A stretch of 64,000 bases of DNA from Escherichia coli. Its GTDB lineage: Bacteria > Pseudomonadota > Gammaproteobacteria > Enterobacterales > Enterobacteriaceae. A program made the translations under genes and the position numbers. Where the stretch lies: NCBI RefSeq assembly GCF_003790525.1, contig NZ_CP033635.1; one strand, 5' to 3'. The notes beneath the pieces were generated by a model. The model saw nothing but the letters and a program-made list of their open reading frames with translations. It did no database searches and was not told the origin of the DNA. Positions 1 to 11,012 of the stretch are shown here, piece by piece. Numbering within the stretch: position 1 is the stretch's first letter; each line of letters starts with the position of its first letter.

Positions 1-1660
1 TTACGTCGAATGGCTGGCAGATACCATGATTCGCGTTCCTGTTGAGCATACGCTGGATGCAGTCAATATTGCCGATCGGTACGACGCTAAAGCAGTAAAA
101 GAACGCCTGGCGATGATGACGCCGCAGAATGCGCGTATCTGGTATATCAGCCCGAAAGAGCCGCACAACAAAACGGCTTACTTTGTCGATGCGCCGTATC
201 AGGTCGATAAAATTAGCGCACAAACTTTCGCTGACTGGCAGAAAAAAGCCGCCGACATTGCGCTCTCTTTGCCAGAGCTTAACCCCTATATTCCTGACGA
301 TTTCTCGCTGATTAAGTCAGAGAAGAAATATGACCATCCAGAGCTGATTGTTGATGAGTCGAATCTGCGTGTGGTGTATGCGCCAAGCCGTTATTTTTCC
401 AGCGAACCCAAAGCTGATGTCAGCCTGATTTTGCGTAATCCAAAAGCCATGGATAGCGCCCGCAATCAGGTGATGTTTGCGCTCAATGATTATCTCGCAG
501 GGCTGGCGCTTGATCAGTTAAGCAACCAGGCGTCGGTTGGTGGCATAAGTTTTTCCACCAATGCTAACAACGGCCTTATGGTTAATGCCAATGGTTACAC
601 CCAGCGCCTGCCGCAGCTGTTCCAGGCATTGCTCGAGGGGTACTTTAGCTATACCGCTACGGAAGATCAGCTTGAGCAGGCGAAGTCCTGGTATAACCAG
701 ATGATGGATTCTGCAGAAAAGGGCAAAGCGTTCGAGCAGGCGATTATGCCCGCGCAGATGCTCTCGCAAGTACCATACTTCTCGCGAGATGAACGGCGCA
801 AAATTTTGCCCTCCATTACTTTGAAAGAGGTGATGGCCTATCGCGACGCCTTAAAATCAGGGGCTCGACCAGAGTTTATGGTTATCGGCAACATGACCGA
901 GGCCCAGGCAACAACGCTGGCACGCGATGTGCAAAAACAGTTGGGCGCTGATGGTTCGGAGTGGTGTCGTAACAAAGATGTCGTGGTCGATAAAAAACAA
1001 TCCGTCATCTTTGAAAAAGCCGGTAACAGCACCGACTCCGCACTGGCAGCGGTATTTGTACCGACTGGCTACGATGAATACACCAGTTCAGCGTATAGTT
1101 CTCTGTTGGGGCAGATCGTACAGCCGTGGTTCTACAATCAGTTGCGTACCGAAGAACAGTTGGGCTATGCCGTGTTTGCGTTTCCAATGAGCGTGGGGCG
1201 TCAGTGGGGCATGGGCTTCCTGTTGCAAAGCAATGATAAACAGCCTTCATTCTTGTGGGAGCGTTACAAGGCGTTTTTCCCGACCGCAGAAGCGAAACTG
1301 CGGGCGATGAAGCCAGAAGAGTTTGCGCAAATCCAGCAGGCGGTAATTACCCAGATGCTGCAGGCACCGCAAACGCTCGGCGAAGAAGCATCGAAGTTAA
1401 GTAAAGATTTCGATCGCGGCAATATGCGCTTCGATTCGCGTGATAAAATCGTGGCCCAGATAAAACTGCTGACGCCGCAAAAACTTGCTGATTTCTTCCA
1501 TCAGGCGGTGGTCGAGCCGCAAGGTATGGCTATTCTGTCGCAGATTTCCGGCAGCCAGAACGGGAAAGCCGAATATGTGCATCCTGAAGGCTGGAAAGTG
1601 TGGGAGAACGTCAGCGCGTTGCAGCAAACAATGCCCCTGATGAGTGAAAAGAATGAGTGA
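1..1660 (+). CDS. ptrA: Protease III (pitrilysin), C-terminal part; gene starts upstream of the window
   Basis: ORF open from the window edge with no in-frame stop; 544 aa in-window resembling the C-terminal half of an M16 peptidase; sits immediately upstream of recB as in K-12. Confidence 0.85.
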   Translation, partial: YVEWLADTMIRVPVEHTLDAVNIADRYDAKAVKERLAMMTPQNARIWYISPKEPHNKTAYFVDAPYQVDKISAQTFADWQKKAADIALSLPELNPYIPDDFSLIKSEKKYDHPELIVDESNLRVVYAPSRYFSSEPKADVSLILRNPKAMDSARNQVMFALNDYLAGLALDQLSNQASVGGISFSTNANNGLMVNANGYTQRLPQLFQALLEGYFSYTATEDQLEQAKSWYNQMMDSAEKGKAFEQAIMPAQMLSQVPYFSRDERRKILPSITLKEVMAYRDALKSGARPEFMVIGNMTEAQATTLARDVQKQLGADGSEWCRNKDVVVDKKQSVIFEKAGNSTDSALAAVFVPTGYDEYTSSAYSSLLGQIVQPWFYNQLRTEEQLGYAVFAFPMSVGRQWGMGFLLQSNDKQPSFLWERYKAFFPTAEAKLRAMKPEEFAQIQQAVITQMLQAPQTLGEEASKLSKDFDRGNMRFDSRDKIVAQIKLLTPQKLADFFHQAVVEPQGMAILSQISGSQNGKAEYVHPEGWKVWENVSALQQTMPLMSEKNE

Positions 1661-4600
1661 TGTCGCCGAGACACTAGATCCTTTGCGCTTGCCCTTACAG
1701 GGCGAGCGCCTGATTGAAGCCTCTGCCGGCACAGGCAAAACCTTTACGATTGCGGCGCTCTATTTGCGCCTGTTACTTGGACTAGGCGGTTCTGCCGCCT
1801 TTCCCCGCCCGCTGACCGTTGAAGAACTGCTGGTGGTCACCTTTACCGAGGCTGCCACGGCAGAATTGCGCGGTCGTATCCGTAGCAATATCCACGAGTT
1901 GCGCATCGCCTGTCTGCGTGAAACCACCGACAATCCACTGTACGAACGCCTGCTGGAAGAGATCGACGATAAAGCGCAAGCCGCGCAGTGGTTGTTGTTA
2001 GCCGAGCGGCAGATGGATGAAGCGGCAGTCTTTACTATTCACGGCTTTTGCCAGCGCATGCTCAACCTGAATGCCTTTGAATCCGGCATGCTGTTTGAGC
2101 AGCAGCTGATTGAAGATGAGTCTCTGCTACGCTACCAGGCCTGCGCCGATTTCTGGCGTCGCCACTGCTACCCGCTGCCGCGTGAAATTGCCCAGGTCGT
2201 CTTTGAAACCTGGAAAGGGCCGCAGGCGTTACTGCGCGATATTAATCGTTATCTGCAAGGCGAAGCGCCGGTTATCAAAGCGCCGCCGCCCGATGATGAA
2301 ACGCTGGCTTCCCGCCACGCGCAAATTGTGGCGCGTATTGATACGGTAAAACAGCAGTGGCGCGACGCGGTGGGTGAACTGGATGCGCTGATCGAATCTT
2401 CTGGTATTGATCGACGCAAGTTTAACCGTAGCAATCAGGCTAAATGGATCGACAAGATCAGCGCCTGGGCAGAAGAAGAGACCAACAGCTATCAGTTGCC
2501 AGAGTCGCTGGAAAAATTCTCTCAGTGTTTCTTAGAAGATCGCACGAAAGCCGGGGGGGAAACCCCGCGACATCCACTGTTTGAGGCGATCGATCAACTG
2601 CTTGCAGAACCATTGTCGATCCGCGATCTGGTGATCACTCGCGCATTAGCTGAGATCCGCGAAACAGTAGCGCGTGAAAAACGCCGCCGTGGCGAATTGG
2701 GTTTTGATGACATGTTAAGTCGGCTCGATTCCGCGCTGCGTAGTGAAAGCGGCGAGGTATTGGCAGCGGCGATCCGTACGCGATTCCCGGTGGCAATGAT
2801 CGATGAATTTCAGGATACCGACCCCCAGCAGTACCGAATTTTTCGCCGTATCTGGCACCATCAGCCGGAAACCGCATTGTTGCTGATTGGCGACCCGAAA
2901 CAGGCCATTTATGCATTCCGGGGTGCGGATATCTTCACTTATATGAAGGCGCGTAGCGAAGTTCACGCCCACTACACCTTAGACACCAACTGGCGTTCCG
3001 CACCGGGAATGGTGAACAGCGTTAACAAACTTTTCAGCCAGACTGATGACGCGTTCATGTTTCGTGAAATACCGTTTATTCCTGTGAAATCTGCCGGGAA
3101 AAATCAGGCGTTACGTTTTGTGTTTAAAGGTGAAACGCAGCCTGCGATGAAAATGTGGCTGATGGAAGGCGAAAGCTGCGGCGTTGGCGACTATCAAAGT
3201 ACCATGGCGCAGGTATGTGCTGCGCAAATCCGCGACTGGTTACAGGCTGGGCAGCGCGGGGAAGCGTTGCTGATGAACGGCGATGATGCACGTCCGGTAC
3301 GTGCTTCGGACATCAGTGTGCTGGTGCGCAGCCGCCAGGAGGCCGCTCAGGTGCGCGATGCCTTAACGCTGCTGGAAATCCCTTCCGTTTACCTTTCGAA
3401 CCGCGACAGTGTTTTTGAAACTCTGGAAGCACAGGAGATGCTTTGGCTGTTGCAGGCGGTGATGACACCCGAACGTGAGAACACCCTGCGCAGTGCGCTG
3501 GCAACGTCAATGATGGGGCTGAATGCGCTGGATATTGAAACGCTGAATAATGACGAACATGCGTGGGATGCGGTAGTCGAAGAGTTCGATGGTTATCGGC
3601 AAATCTGGCGCAAACGTGGCGTTATGCCGATGCTGCGGGCGCTGATGTCGGCGCGTAACATTGCAGAAAACTTGCTGGCAACAGCAGGCGGTGAGCGGCG
3701 TCTTACCGATATCTTGCATATCAGCGAATTGCTACAAGAAGCCGGCACGCAGCTGGAAAGTGAACATGCGCTGGTACGCTGGTTATCGCAACATATCCTC
3801 GAGCCAGACAGTAATGCCTCCAGCCAACAAATGCGTCTCGAAAGTGATAAACATCTCGTGCAGATTGTCACGATCCACAAATCGAAAGGGCTGGAATATC
3901 CATTGGTCTGGCTGCCGTTTATCACCAATTTCCGCGTCCAGGATCAGGCGTTTTATCACGATCGCCACTCGTTTGAGGCTGTTCTGGATCTTAATGCTGC
4001 GCCAGAAAGCGTCGACCTCGCGGAGGCCGAACGTCTGGCGGAAGATCTGCGTTTGCTTTACGTGGCGCTGACGCGTTCGGTTTGGCATTGCAGTCTCGGC
4101 GTTGCACCGCTGGTGCGCCGTCGTGGCGATAAAAAAGGTGATACCGACGTCCACCAAAGTGCGCTCGGGCGTTTGCTGCAAAAAGGGGAACCGCAAGATG
4201 CGGCAGGGCTTCGCACCTGTATTGAAGCGTTATGCGATGATGATATTGCCTGGCAAACGGCACAAACTGGTGATAACCAGCCCTGGCAGGTTAATGATGC
4301 ATTAACTGCAGAACTGAATGCGAGGACGCTACAACGATTGCCCGGCGATAACTGGCGTGTCACCAGCTACTCCGGTTTGCAGCAGCGTGGTCACGGTATC
4401 GCTCAGGATCTGATGCCACGGTTGGATGTTGATGCCGCAGGCGTGGTCAGCGTCGTTGAAGAACCGACGTTAACACCGCATCAGTTCCCGCGCGGTGCGT
4501 CACCGGGGACATTCTTGCACAGTTTGTTTGAAGACCTCGATTTTACCCAGCCGGTTGACCCGAACTGGGTACAGGAAAAACTGGAGCTCGGTGGCTTTGA

Positions 4601-5195
4601 ACCGCAGTGGGAACCGGTGTTGACTGAGTGGATCACGGCTGTCCTCCAGGCACCTCTCAATGAAACGGGTGTTAGCCTGAATCAGCTTTCCGATCGCGAT
4701 AAACAGGTGGAGATGGAGTTTTACCTGCCGATTAGTGAACCGCTTATCGCCAGCCAGCTTGATGCACTAATTCGCCAGTTTGACCCGCTATCCGCTGGCT
4801 GCCCGCCGCTGGAGTTCATGCAGGTACGCGGCATGTTAAAAGGCTTTATCGACCTGGTATTCCGCCACGAAGGGCGTTATTACCTGCTCGACTATAAATC
4901 CAACTGGTTGGGTGAAGACAGTTCGGCTTACACCCAACAGGCTATGGCAGCGGCAATGCAGGCACACCGCTATGATCTGCAATATCAGCTTTATACCCTG
5001 GCGCTGCACCGTTATCTGCGCCATCGCATTGCTGATTATGACTATGAGCGCCACTTTGGCGGCGTTATTTATCTGTTCCTGCGTGGCGTTGATAAAGAAC
5101 ATCCGCAACAAGGGATCTACGCGACCCGACCCAACGCCGGGTTGATTGACCTGATGGATGAGATGTTTGCCGGTATGACCCTGGAGGAGGCGTAA
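1653..5195 (+). CDS. recB: RecBCD exonuclease V beta subunit (helicase/nuclease)
   Basis: 1180 aa from ATG 1653 ([13 protein letters not shown]), Walker A AGTGKT, UvrD-type helicase motifs; length as recalled for K-12 RecB; 1-nt overlap with recD. Confidence 0.95.
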   Translation: MSDVAETLDPLRLPLQGERLIEASAGTGKTFTIAALYLRLLLGLGGSAAFPRPLTVEELLVVTFTEAATAELRGRIRSNIHELRIACLRETTDNPLYERLLEEIDDKAQAAQWLLLAERQMDEAAVFTIHGFCQRMLNLNAFESGMLFEQQLIEDESLLRYQACADFWRRHCYPLPREIAQVVFETWKGPQALLRDINRYLQGEAPVIKAPPPDDETLASRHAQIVARIDTVKQQWRDAVGELDALIESSGIDRRKFNRSNQAKWIDKISAWAEEETNSYQLPESLEKFSQCFLEDRTKAGGETPRHPLFEAIDQLLAEPLSIRDLVITRALAEIRETVAREKRRRGELGFDDMLSRLDSALRSESGEVLAAAIRTRFPVAMIDEFQDTDPQQYRIFRRIWHHQPETALLLIGDPKQAIYAFRGADIFTYMKARSEVHAHYTLDTNWRSAPGMVNSVNKLFSQTDDAFMFREIPFIPVKSAGKNQALRFVFKGETQPAMKMWLMEGESCGVGDYQSTMAQVCAAQIRDWLQAGQRGEALLMNGDDARPVRASDISVLVRSRQEAAQVRDALTLLEIPSVYLSNRDSVFETLEAQEMLWLLQAVMTPERENTLRSALATSMMGLNALDIETLNNDEHAWDAVVEEFDGYRQIWRKRGVMPMLRALMSARNIAENLLATAGGERRLTDILHISELLQEAGTQLESEHALVRWLSQHILEPDSNASSQQMRLESDKHLVQIVTIHKSKGLEYPLVWLPFITNFRVQDQAFYHDRHSFEAVLDLNAAPESVDLAEAERLAEDLRLLYVALTRSVWHCSLGVAPLVRRRGDKKGDTDVHQSALGRLLQKGEPQDAAGLRTCIEALCDDDIAWQTAQTGDNQPWQVNDALTAELNARTLQRLPGDNWRVTSYSGLQQRGHGIAQDLMPRLDVDAAGVVSVVEEPTLTPHQFPRGASPGTFLHSLFEDLDFTQPVDPNWVQEKLELGGFEPQWEPVLTEWITAVLQAPLNETGVSLNQLSDRDKQVEMEFYLPISEPLIASQLDALIRQFDPLSAGCPPLEFMQVRGMLKGFIDLVFRHEGRYYLLDYKSNWLGEDSSAYTQQAMAAAMQAHRYDLQYQLYTLALHRYLRHRIADYDYERHFGGVIYLFLRGVDKEHPQQGIYATRPNAGLIDLMDEMFAGMTLEEA

Positions 5196-7021
5196 TGAAA
5201 TTGCAAAAGCAATTACTGGAAGCTGTGGAGCACAAACAGCTACGCCCGCTGGACGTGCAGTTTGCCCTGACCGTGGCGGGAGATGAACATCCTGCCGTCA
5301 CCCTCGCGGCGGCACTGTTAAGTCATGATGCCGGAGAGGGACACGTTTGTTTGCCGCTTTCACGACTGGAAAATAACGAGGCATCGCATCCGCTGTTGGC
5401 GACCTGTGTCAGTGAAATCGGTGAGCTACAAAATTGGGAAGAATGCTTGCTGGCTTCACAAGCGGTCAGCCGGGGAGATGAACCAACGCCGATGATCCTC
5501 TGTGGCGATCGTCTTTATTTGAATCGCATGTGGTGTAACGAGCGCACAGTGGCACGCTTTTTCAACGAAGTGAATCATGCCATTGAGGTTGATGAAGCTC
5601 TACTGGCGCAAACCCTGGACAAACTTTTTCCAGTAAGCGATGACATTAACTGGCAAAAAGTGGCGGCGGCAGTGGCGCTGACGCGGCGGATTTCGGTGAT
5701 TTCCGGCGGTCCTGGCACCGGTAAAACGACCACCGTAGCGAAGTTGCTGGCAGCCTTAATTCAAATGGCCGACGGAGAACGCTGCCGTATCCGTCTGGCT
5801 GCACCAACGGGTAAAGCTGCCGCGCGCTTAACCGAATCTCTCGGCAAGGCTTTGCGCCAGTTACCGCTGACCGATGAACAAAAGAAACGCATTCCGGAAG
5901 ATGCCAGTACTTTGCACCGATTGCTGGGCGCACAGCCGGGTAGCCAGCGTTTACGTCATCATGCCGGTAACCCGCTGCATCTTGATGTGCTGGTAGTAGA
6001 TGAAGCGTCAATGATCGATCTGCCGATGATGTCGAGACTGATAGACGCCTTGCCCGATCATGCGCGAGTGATCTTTCTCGGCGATCGTGATCAACTGGCC
6101 TCGGTTGAGGCTGGGGCTGTGCTGGGCGATATTTGTGCTTATGCCAATGCCGGCTTTACCGCCGAGCGTGCCGGGCAGCTAAGCCGCCTGACGGGAACTC
6201 ACATTCCGTCAGGAACTGGCACAGAAGCGGCATCTTTGCGCGACAGTCTCTGCCTGCTGCAAAAAAGCTATCGTTTCGGCAGCGATTCTGGCATTGGTCA
6301 GTTAGCTGCGGCGATTAACCGTGGTGATAAAATGGCAGTGAAAACCGTTTTTCAGCAGGATTTTACTGATATCGAAAAACGGCTTTTACAGAGCGGCGAA
6401 GATTATATTGCGATGCTTGAGGAAGCTCTTTCGGGTTACGGACGTTATCTGGATCTGCTGCAAGCGCGTGCCGAGCCGGATTTAATCATTCAGGCGTTCA
6501 ATGAGTACCAGCTTTTGTGCGCCCTGCGGGAAGGGCCGTTTGGCGTGGCTGGACTGAATGAGCGAATTGAGCAGTTTATGCAACAGAAGCGCAAAATTCA
6601 TCGTAATCCGCACTCTCGTTGGTACGAAGGCCGACCGGTGATGATTGCCCGTAATGACAGCGCGCTTGGGTTGTTTAATGGCGATATCGGTATTGCGCTG
6701 GATCGCGGGCAGGGGACGCGCGTCTGGTTTGCGATGCCGGACGGCAATATTAAGTCTGTGCAACCGAGTCGCTTGCCAGAGCACGAAACGACGTGGGCGA
6801 TGACGGTACATAAATCGCAGGGATCGGAGTTCGACCATGCGGCGTTGATTTTACCGAGCCAACGCACGCCAGTAGTAACACGAGAGCTGGTTTACACTGC
6901 GGTGACCCGCGCGCGTCGCCGTCTGTCGCTGTATGCCGATGAGCGCATTTTAAGTGCGGCAATTGCCACGCGCACCGAGCGGCGCAGCGGTCTGGCGGCG
7001 TTGTTTAGTTCACGGGGATAA
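5195..7021 (+). CDS. recD: RecBCD exonuclease V alpha subunit
   Basis: 608 aa, Walker [12 protein letters not shown]1 helicase motifs; follows recB. Confidence 0.95.
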   Translation: MKLQKQLLEAVEHKQLRPLDVQFALTVAGDEHPAVTLAAALLSHDAGEGHVCLPLSRLENNEASHPLLATCVSEIGELQNWEECLLASQAVSRGDEPTPMILCGDRLYLNRMWCNERTVARFFNEVNHAIEVDEALLAQTLDKLFPVSDDINWQKVAAAVALTRRISVISGGPGTGKTTTVAKLLAALIQMADGERCRIRLAAPTGKAAARLTESLGKALRQLPLTDEQKKRIPEDASTLHRLLGAQPGSQRLRHHAGNPLHLDVLVVDEASMIDLPMMSRLIDALPDHARVIFLGDRDQLASVEAGAVLGDICAYANAGFTAERAGQLSRLTGTHIPSGTGTEAASLRDSLCLLQKSYRFGSDSGIGQLAAAINRGDKMAVKTVFQQDFTDIEKRLLQSGEDYIAMLEEALSGYGRYLDLLQARAEPDLIIQAFNEYQLLCALREGPFGVAGLNERIEQFMQQKRKIHRNPHSRWYEGRPVMIARNDSALGLFNGDIGIALDRGQGTRVWFAMPDGNIKSVQPSRLPEHETTWAMTVHKSQGSEFDHAALILPSQRTPVVTRELVYTAVTRARRRLSLYADERILSAAIATRTERRSGLAALFSSRG

Positions 7022-7029
7022 ACGTAATT

Positions 7030-7070
7030 GCCGGATGCGACGCACGAGTGTTACGCATGTCGCATCCGGC
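7030..7070. repeat. REP-like palindrome (gccggatgcgac ... gtcgcatccggc) between recD and argA
   Basis: Perfect 12-bp inverted repeat with GCCGGATGCGRCG core typical of enterobacterial REP elements. Confidence 0.55.
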
Positions 7071-7082
7071 GATTTTCATCGC

Positions 7083-8414
7083 TTACCCTAAATCCGCCAT
7101 CAAAACTTTGGATTTACGCTGGTAGTTGTACAACTGCTTTTTGCTCTCGGGCAGTAAATCAATATCCACTGGGGTAAATCCACGTTCCTGGAACCAGTGA
7201 ATACTGCGCGTGGTCAGCACAAACAATTTGCTTAAGCCGCTCTGCTTCGCCTGAGCGGCAATGCGTTCCAGCAGAACCTCGCCCCGTGATGAGCTGCGGT
7301 AATCCGGGTGAACTGCCACACAGGCCATTTCCCCAATCTTCTCTTCCGGGAACGGATAGAGCGCGGCGCAGGCAATAGTCGTGTTATCGCGCTGAATAAT
7401 GGTGAATTTGTCGATTTCCATCTCCAGCTGCTCGCGAGAACGGCGTACCAGAATACCTTGCTGCTCCAGTGGGCGAATCAACTCCAGAATGCCGCCAATA
7501 TCGTTGATTGTTGCGCGACGAATTTGCTCGGCGCTTTCCATCACAATCTGCGTACCGATACCGTCACGTGAGAACAACTCTTGCAACAGCGCGCCATCTT
7601 CCTGATAACTGATTAAATGACAGCGACGCACGCCGCTGCGGCAGGCTTTCACTGCGCCACGCAAAAAGCGCACCGTACCGGAGTTGTAATCGCCTTTCTC
7701 TTCCTGGGCTTCTACCCGCGCTTGCGCTTCGTTAGGGAAAAGTTCTGAGACAATATCACCGTCGTCATTAGTGACGCCCTGTGAAGAGCAAAAACCAATC
7801 ATCTTCTCAGCTTTCAGTTTGATGGCCAGTTGAGTGGCAATCTCTTCCGAGGTCAGATTAAAGCTCTCGCCAGTGACTGAAACCGCGACCGGCCCCAGCA
7901 GCACTATCGCACCGCTGTCCAGTTGACGATGAATCGCATCTTCGTCAATCCGCCGGATACGCCCGCTATGGCAGTAATCCACACCGTCATCCACGCCCAG
8001 CGGCTGGGCAATAATAAAATTGCCACTGACGACGTTGATATGCGCGCCCTGCAGCGGCGTGTTATTGAGACTCATCGACAGGCGAGCAGTAATATCCAGT
8101 TGCAATGTTCCCGCAGCCTGCTTCACCAGTTCCAGTGTTTTGGCGTCGGTCACGCGTATATTTTTGTGATATAGCGGTTCGTGGTGATGCGCTGCCAGAT
8201 TTGCATCGATCTGCGGGCGCGCTCCATAGACCACGACCAGACGGATGCCGAGGCTGTGCAGCAACCCGATATCATTAACGATACTGGAGAAATTCTCATG
8301 CTCAATGGCTTCACCGCCGAGCATTATGACAAACGTTTTTCCCCGGTGGGTATTGATATAGGGAACCGAATGGCGGAATCCCTCGACCAACTCGGTTTTA
8401 CGTTCCTTTACCAC
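7083..8414 (-). CDS. argA: N-acetylglutamate synthase
   Basis: 443 aa if started at the GTG giving [13 protein letters not shown], as recalled for E. coli ArgA; the ORF-track ATG 22 codons upstream is probably an artefact. Confidence 0.9.
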   Translation of the reverse strand: MVKERKTELVEGFRHSVPYINTHRGKTFVIMLGGEAIEHENFSSIVNDIGLLHSLGIRLVVVYGARPQIDANLAAHHHEPLYHKNIRVTDAKTLELVKQAAGTLQLDITARLSMSLNNTPLQGAHINVVSGNFIIAQPLGVDDGVDYCHSGRIRRIDEDAIHRQLDSGAIVLLGPVAVSVTGESFNLTSEEIATQLAIKLKAEKMIGFCSSQGVTNDDGDIVSELFPNEAQARVEAQEEKGDYNSGTVRFLRGAVKACRSGVRRCHLISYQEDGALLQELFSRDGIGTQIVMESAEQIRRATINDIGGILELIRPLEQQGILVRRSREQLEMEIDKFTIIQRDNTTIACAALYPFPEEKIGEMACVAVHPDYRSSSRGEVLLERIAAQAKQSGLSKLFVLTTRSIHWFQERGFTPVDIDLLPESKKQLYNYQRKSKVLMADLG

Positions 8415-8645
8415 GGCACACCTCTTTGCATGATTATTCGAAATTATTGTATTTTTATTCTGTTTTTTCGCAGGGTGCAAGTGTAAATTTTATGCGGGAG
8501 CGACTTTTTTATCAGTAATACCGTGAATATAAAAAGAATGTTTACCGTTTTATAGATGACAGATTATGCGTCTTTCGCTAAAGTTTCCGGTCAAATTGGT
8601 CGTTTACTTGTTACACAGCTTAGATTTCTTTTGCTCGGGAGAGGC

Positions 8646-9899
8646 ATGTCAGGATCCAACACTGCAATCAGCCGTCGTCGTTTACTGCAAGGCGCGGGTG
8701 CCATGTGGCTATTGAGCGTAAGTCAGGTCAGCCTGGCTGCGGTCAGCCAGGTCGTGGCGGTGCGCGTCTGGCCTGCGTCCAGCTACACCCGCGTGACGGT
8801 AGAATCTAATCGTCAGCTGAAATATAAGCAGTTCGCGTTGAGTAATCCTGAACGCGTGGTGGTGGATATCGAAGATGTAAACCTGAACTCGGTGCTCAAG
8901 GGGATGGCTGCGCAAATCCGCGCTGACGACCCGTTCATCAAGTCGGCGCGCGTCGGGCAATTTGACCCGCAAACCGTACGTATGGTTTTTGAATTAAAGC
9001 AAAACGTAAAACCGCAGCTGTTTGCCCTTGCGCCGGTCGCCGGGTTTAAAGAGCGTCTGGTGATGGATCTCTATCCTGCCAATGCACAGGATATGCAGGA
9101 CCCGCTGCTGGCGCTGCTGGAGGATTACAACAAAGGCGACCTCGAAAAGCAGGTGCCGCCAGCACAAAGTGGTCCACAACCGGGTAAAGCTGGGCGGGAT
9201 CGTCCGATTGTCATTATGCTTGACCCTGGTCACGGTGGCGAAGACTCCGGTGCGGTGGGGAAATACAAAACACGCGAAAAAGACGTAGTATTGCAAATAG
9301 CTCGCCGTCTGCGCTCTCTGATCGAGAAAGAGGGCAATATGAAGGTGTACATGACGCGCAATGAAGACATCTTCATTCCGTTGCAAGTGCGCGTAGCAAA
9401 AGCCCAGAAACAGCGTGCTGACTTGTTTGTCTCTATCCATGCCGACGCCTTTACCAGTCGCCAGCCGAGCGGTTCCTCGGTGTTTGCGCTCTCAACCAAA
9501 GGCGCAACCAGTACTGCGGCAAAATATCTGGCACAAACCCAGAACGCCTCGGACTTGATTGGTGGCGTAAGCAAAAGCGGTGACCGCTATGTCGACCACA
9601 CTATGTTCGATATGGTGCAGTCGCTGACCATTGCTGACAGCCTGAAGTTTGGTAAAGCGGTGCTGAATAAGCTCGGTAAAATCAACAAGCTGCATAAAAA
9701 TCAAGTTGAACAGGCCGGGTTTGCCGTACTAAAGGCACCAGATATTCCCTCCATTCTGGTCGAAACGGCGTTTATCAGTAACGTTGAGGAAGAGCGTAAA
9801 CTGAAAACGGCGACTTTCCAGCAGGAAGTTGCGGAGTCTATTCTTGCGGGAATTAAAGCGTATTTTGCCGATGGGGCGACGCTGGCGAGAAGGGGATAA
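8646..9899 (+). CDS. amiC: N-acetylmuramoyl-L-alanine amidase AmiC (Tat-exported)
   Basis: 417 aa from [18 protein letters not shown] (twin-arginine signal), Amidase_3 domain; the ORF-track start 30 codons upstream is rejected. Confidence 0.9.
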
Positions 9900-9931
9900 T
9901 GTTTTTATTTATTCAATGAATTTATATTTCG

Positions 9932-9959
9932 TTGAATAGATAACATTTACCTGAATATT
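9932..9959 (+). promoter_or_regulatory. Putative sigma70 promoter of the PTS island operon (-35 TTGAAT, -10 AATATT, 16-bp spacer)
   Basis: Hexamer match read by eye in the AT-rich region upstream of the RAT/terminator leader; weak evidence. Confidence 0.25.
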
Positions 9960-9996
9960 AGACGCTGGTTTTGTGACTGATGTCGGATATTTGAAT

Positions 9997-10019
9997 GTCG
10001 GCTTGAAAAATAAGCCGAC
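9997..10019 (+). terminator. Hairpin gtcggctt-gaaaaat-aagccgac downstream of amiC (possible amiC terminator)
   Basis: 8-bp perfect stem seen in sequence; no strong U-tract follows. Confidence 0.3.
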
Positions 10020-10071
10020 CATCTCTTTAATTAAGCACAATTCCGTGTAATGTATACGCATTAGTTAATCA

Positions 10072-10099
10072 TCTTGTAACTGTTAAATCAGGCAAGGCA
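10072..10099 (+). promoter_or_regulatory. RAT-like element (ribonucleic antiterminator target) overlapping the 5' arm of the leader terminator
   Basis: cttgtaactgttaaatcaggcaaggca resembles the BglG/SacY RAT consensus as I recall it (TTGTTACTG..AAAGCAGGCAA); overlaps the terminator stem directly upstream of a PRD antiterminator gene. Confidence 0.5.
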
Positions 10100-10145
10100 A
10101 TGTTTGAAGTAATCATTACTTCTGACGTGCCTTGCCTTTTTTTTT
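10090..10145 (+). terminator. Rho-independent terminator in operon leader (10-bp stem aggcaaggca/tgccttgcct with inner stem gaagtaat/attacttc, then T9)
   Basis: Perfect inverted repeat followed by 9 T residues, ending 11 nt before the antiterminator ATG. Confidence 0.6.
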
Positions 10146-10156
10146 GGAGCCATGAA

Positions 10157-10981
10157 ATGATCATCGAAAAAGTCATGAACAATAATTGTGTACAGGCATC
10201 GATGAATGGACAGGAGGTTATCATTTCTGGGCCTGGCGTCGGTTACAACAAAAAATATGGAATGTCGGTCCCTGAGCATCCGGCTAACCGGATTTTTTAT
10301 GTCAGAAATGAACAAAAAAATAAACTCTACAAATTGATTGAACATGTGGATATTGAGTATGTTTTTGTTGCCGAAAAAATAGTGCAATATGCGGAGAACA
10401 ATCTCGAAAAAAATCTCAATCCATCGCTACTATTGATTCTTGCTGATCACATTTCGAATGCAATATCCCGAGTCGCTTCAGGCATACAAATTAATAATGT
10501 TTTCCTTGATGAAATCAAAGCGTTGTACAAAGCAGAGTATGCGATAAGTCGCGATGCATTAACTATCATTAATGAGCAATTCAGCGTTCAACTTCCTGAT
10601 GATGAGATTGGTTTTATAGCATTGCATATTTTAAATAATTATGAAAATTCAGTTGATTATGAATCAGTACGGATTATTGAGTTGTCGCAAATAATCACGG
10701 GGCTTATTGAAGTTGTTTATAACAGAAAGGTGGACAGAAGTTCATTTAATTATTCCAGGTTCATGATACACCTTAAATATTTTTCAAGTCGCGTATTATG
10801 TAATGAAAAGATAAAACAAAAAGATATTGGTGACATCTATGAGCAGTTTCTTGAGAAAGACATCCTGTTACAGCGCGCAATTCATGAAATTGAACGGTAT
10901 CTGTATGCCACTTTTAAATATGAATTAATTTTAGAAGAAAAACTATATCTCTCAATTCGTACCAAAGTATTAATGGACTAA
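10157..10981 (+). CDS. BglG/LicT-family PRD-domain transcription antiterminator
   Basis: 275 aa from ATG 10157 (MIIEKVMNNNCV..., GGAG 7 nt upstream); N-terminal CAT RNA-binding motif KVxNNN and PRD-like segments; the ORF-track start 10100 lies inside the terminator hairpin. Confidence 0.8.
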   Translation: MIIEKVMNNNCVQASMNGQEVIISGPGVGYNKKYGMSVPEHPANRIFYVRNEQKNKLYKLIEHVDIEYVFVAEKIVQYAENNLEKNLNPSLLLILADHISNAISRVASGIQINNVFLDEIKALYKAEYAISRDALTIINEQFSVQLPDDEIGFIALHILNNYENSVDYESVRIIELSQIITGLIEVVYNRKVDRSSFNYSRFMIHLKYFSSRVLCNEKIKQKDIGDIYEQFLEKDILLQRAIHEIERYLYATFKYELILEEKLYLSIRTKVLMD

Positions 10982-11012
10982 TTATATATAACATTTATAT
11001 GAGATAACCCAC

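Noticed and set aside
9900-10070. Searched for a direct repeat of the tRNA-fMet 3' end (att site) or integrase remnant at the distal island border
   Set aside because: Only a weak partial resemblance (cggatatttgaa versus cggatttgaacc); not enough to call an att site, so no integration-site claim is made.
10100-10156. ORF-track start codon for the antiterminator at 10100
   Set aside because: The ATG lies inside the leader terminator hairpin with no RBS; the ATG at 10157 has a GGAG 7 nt upstream and gives the expected MIIEKVMNNN CAT-domain N-terminus.
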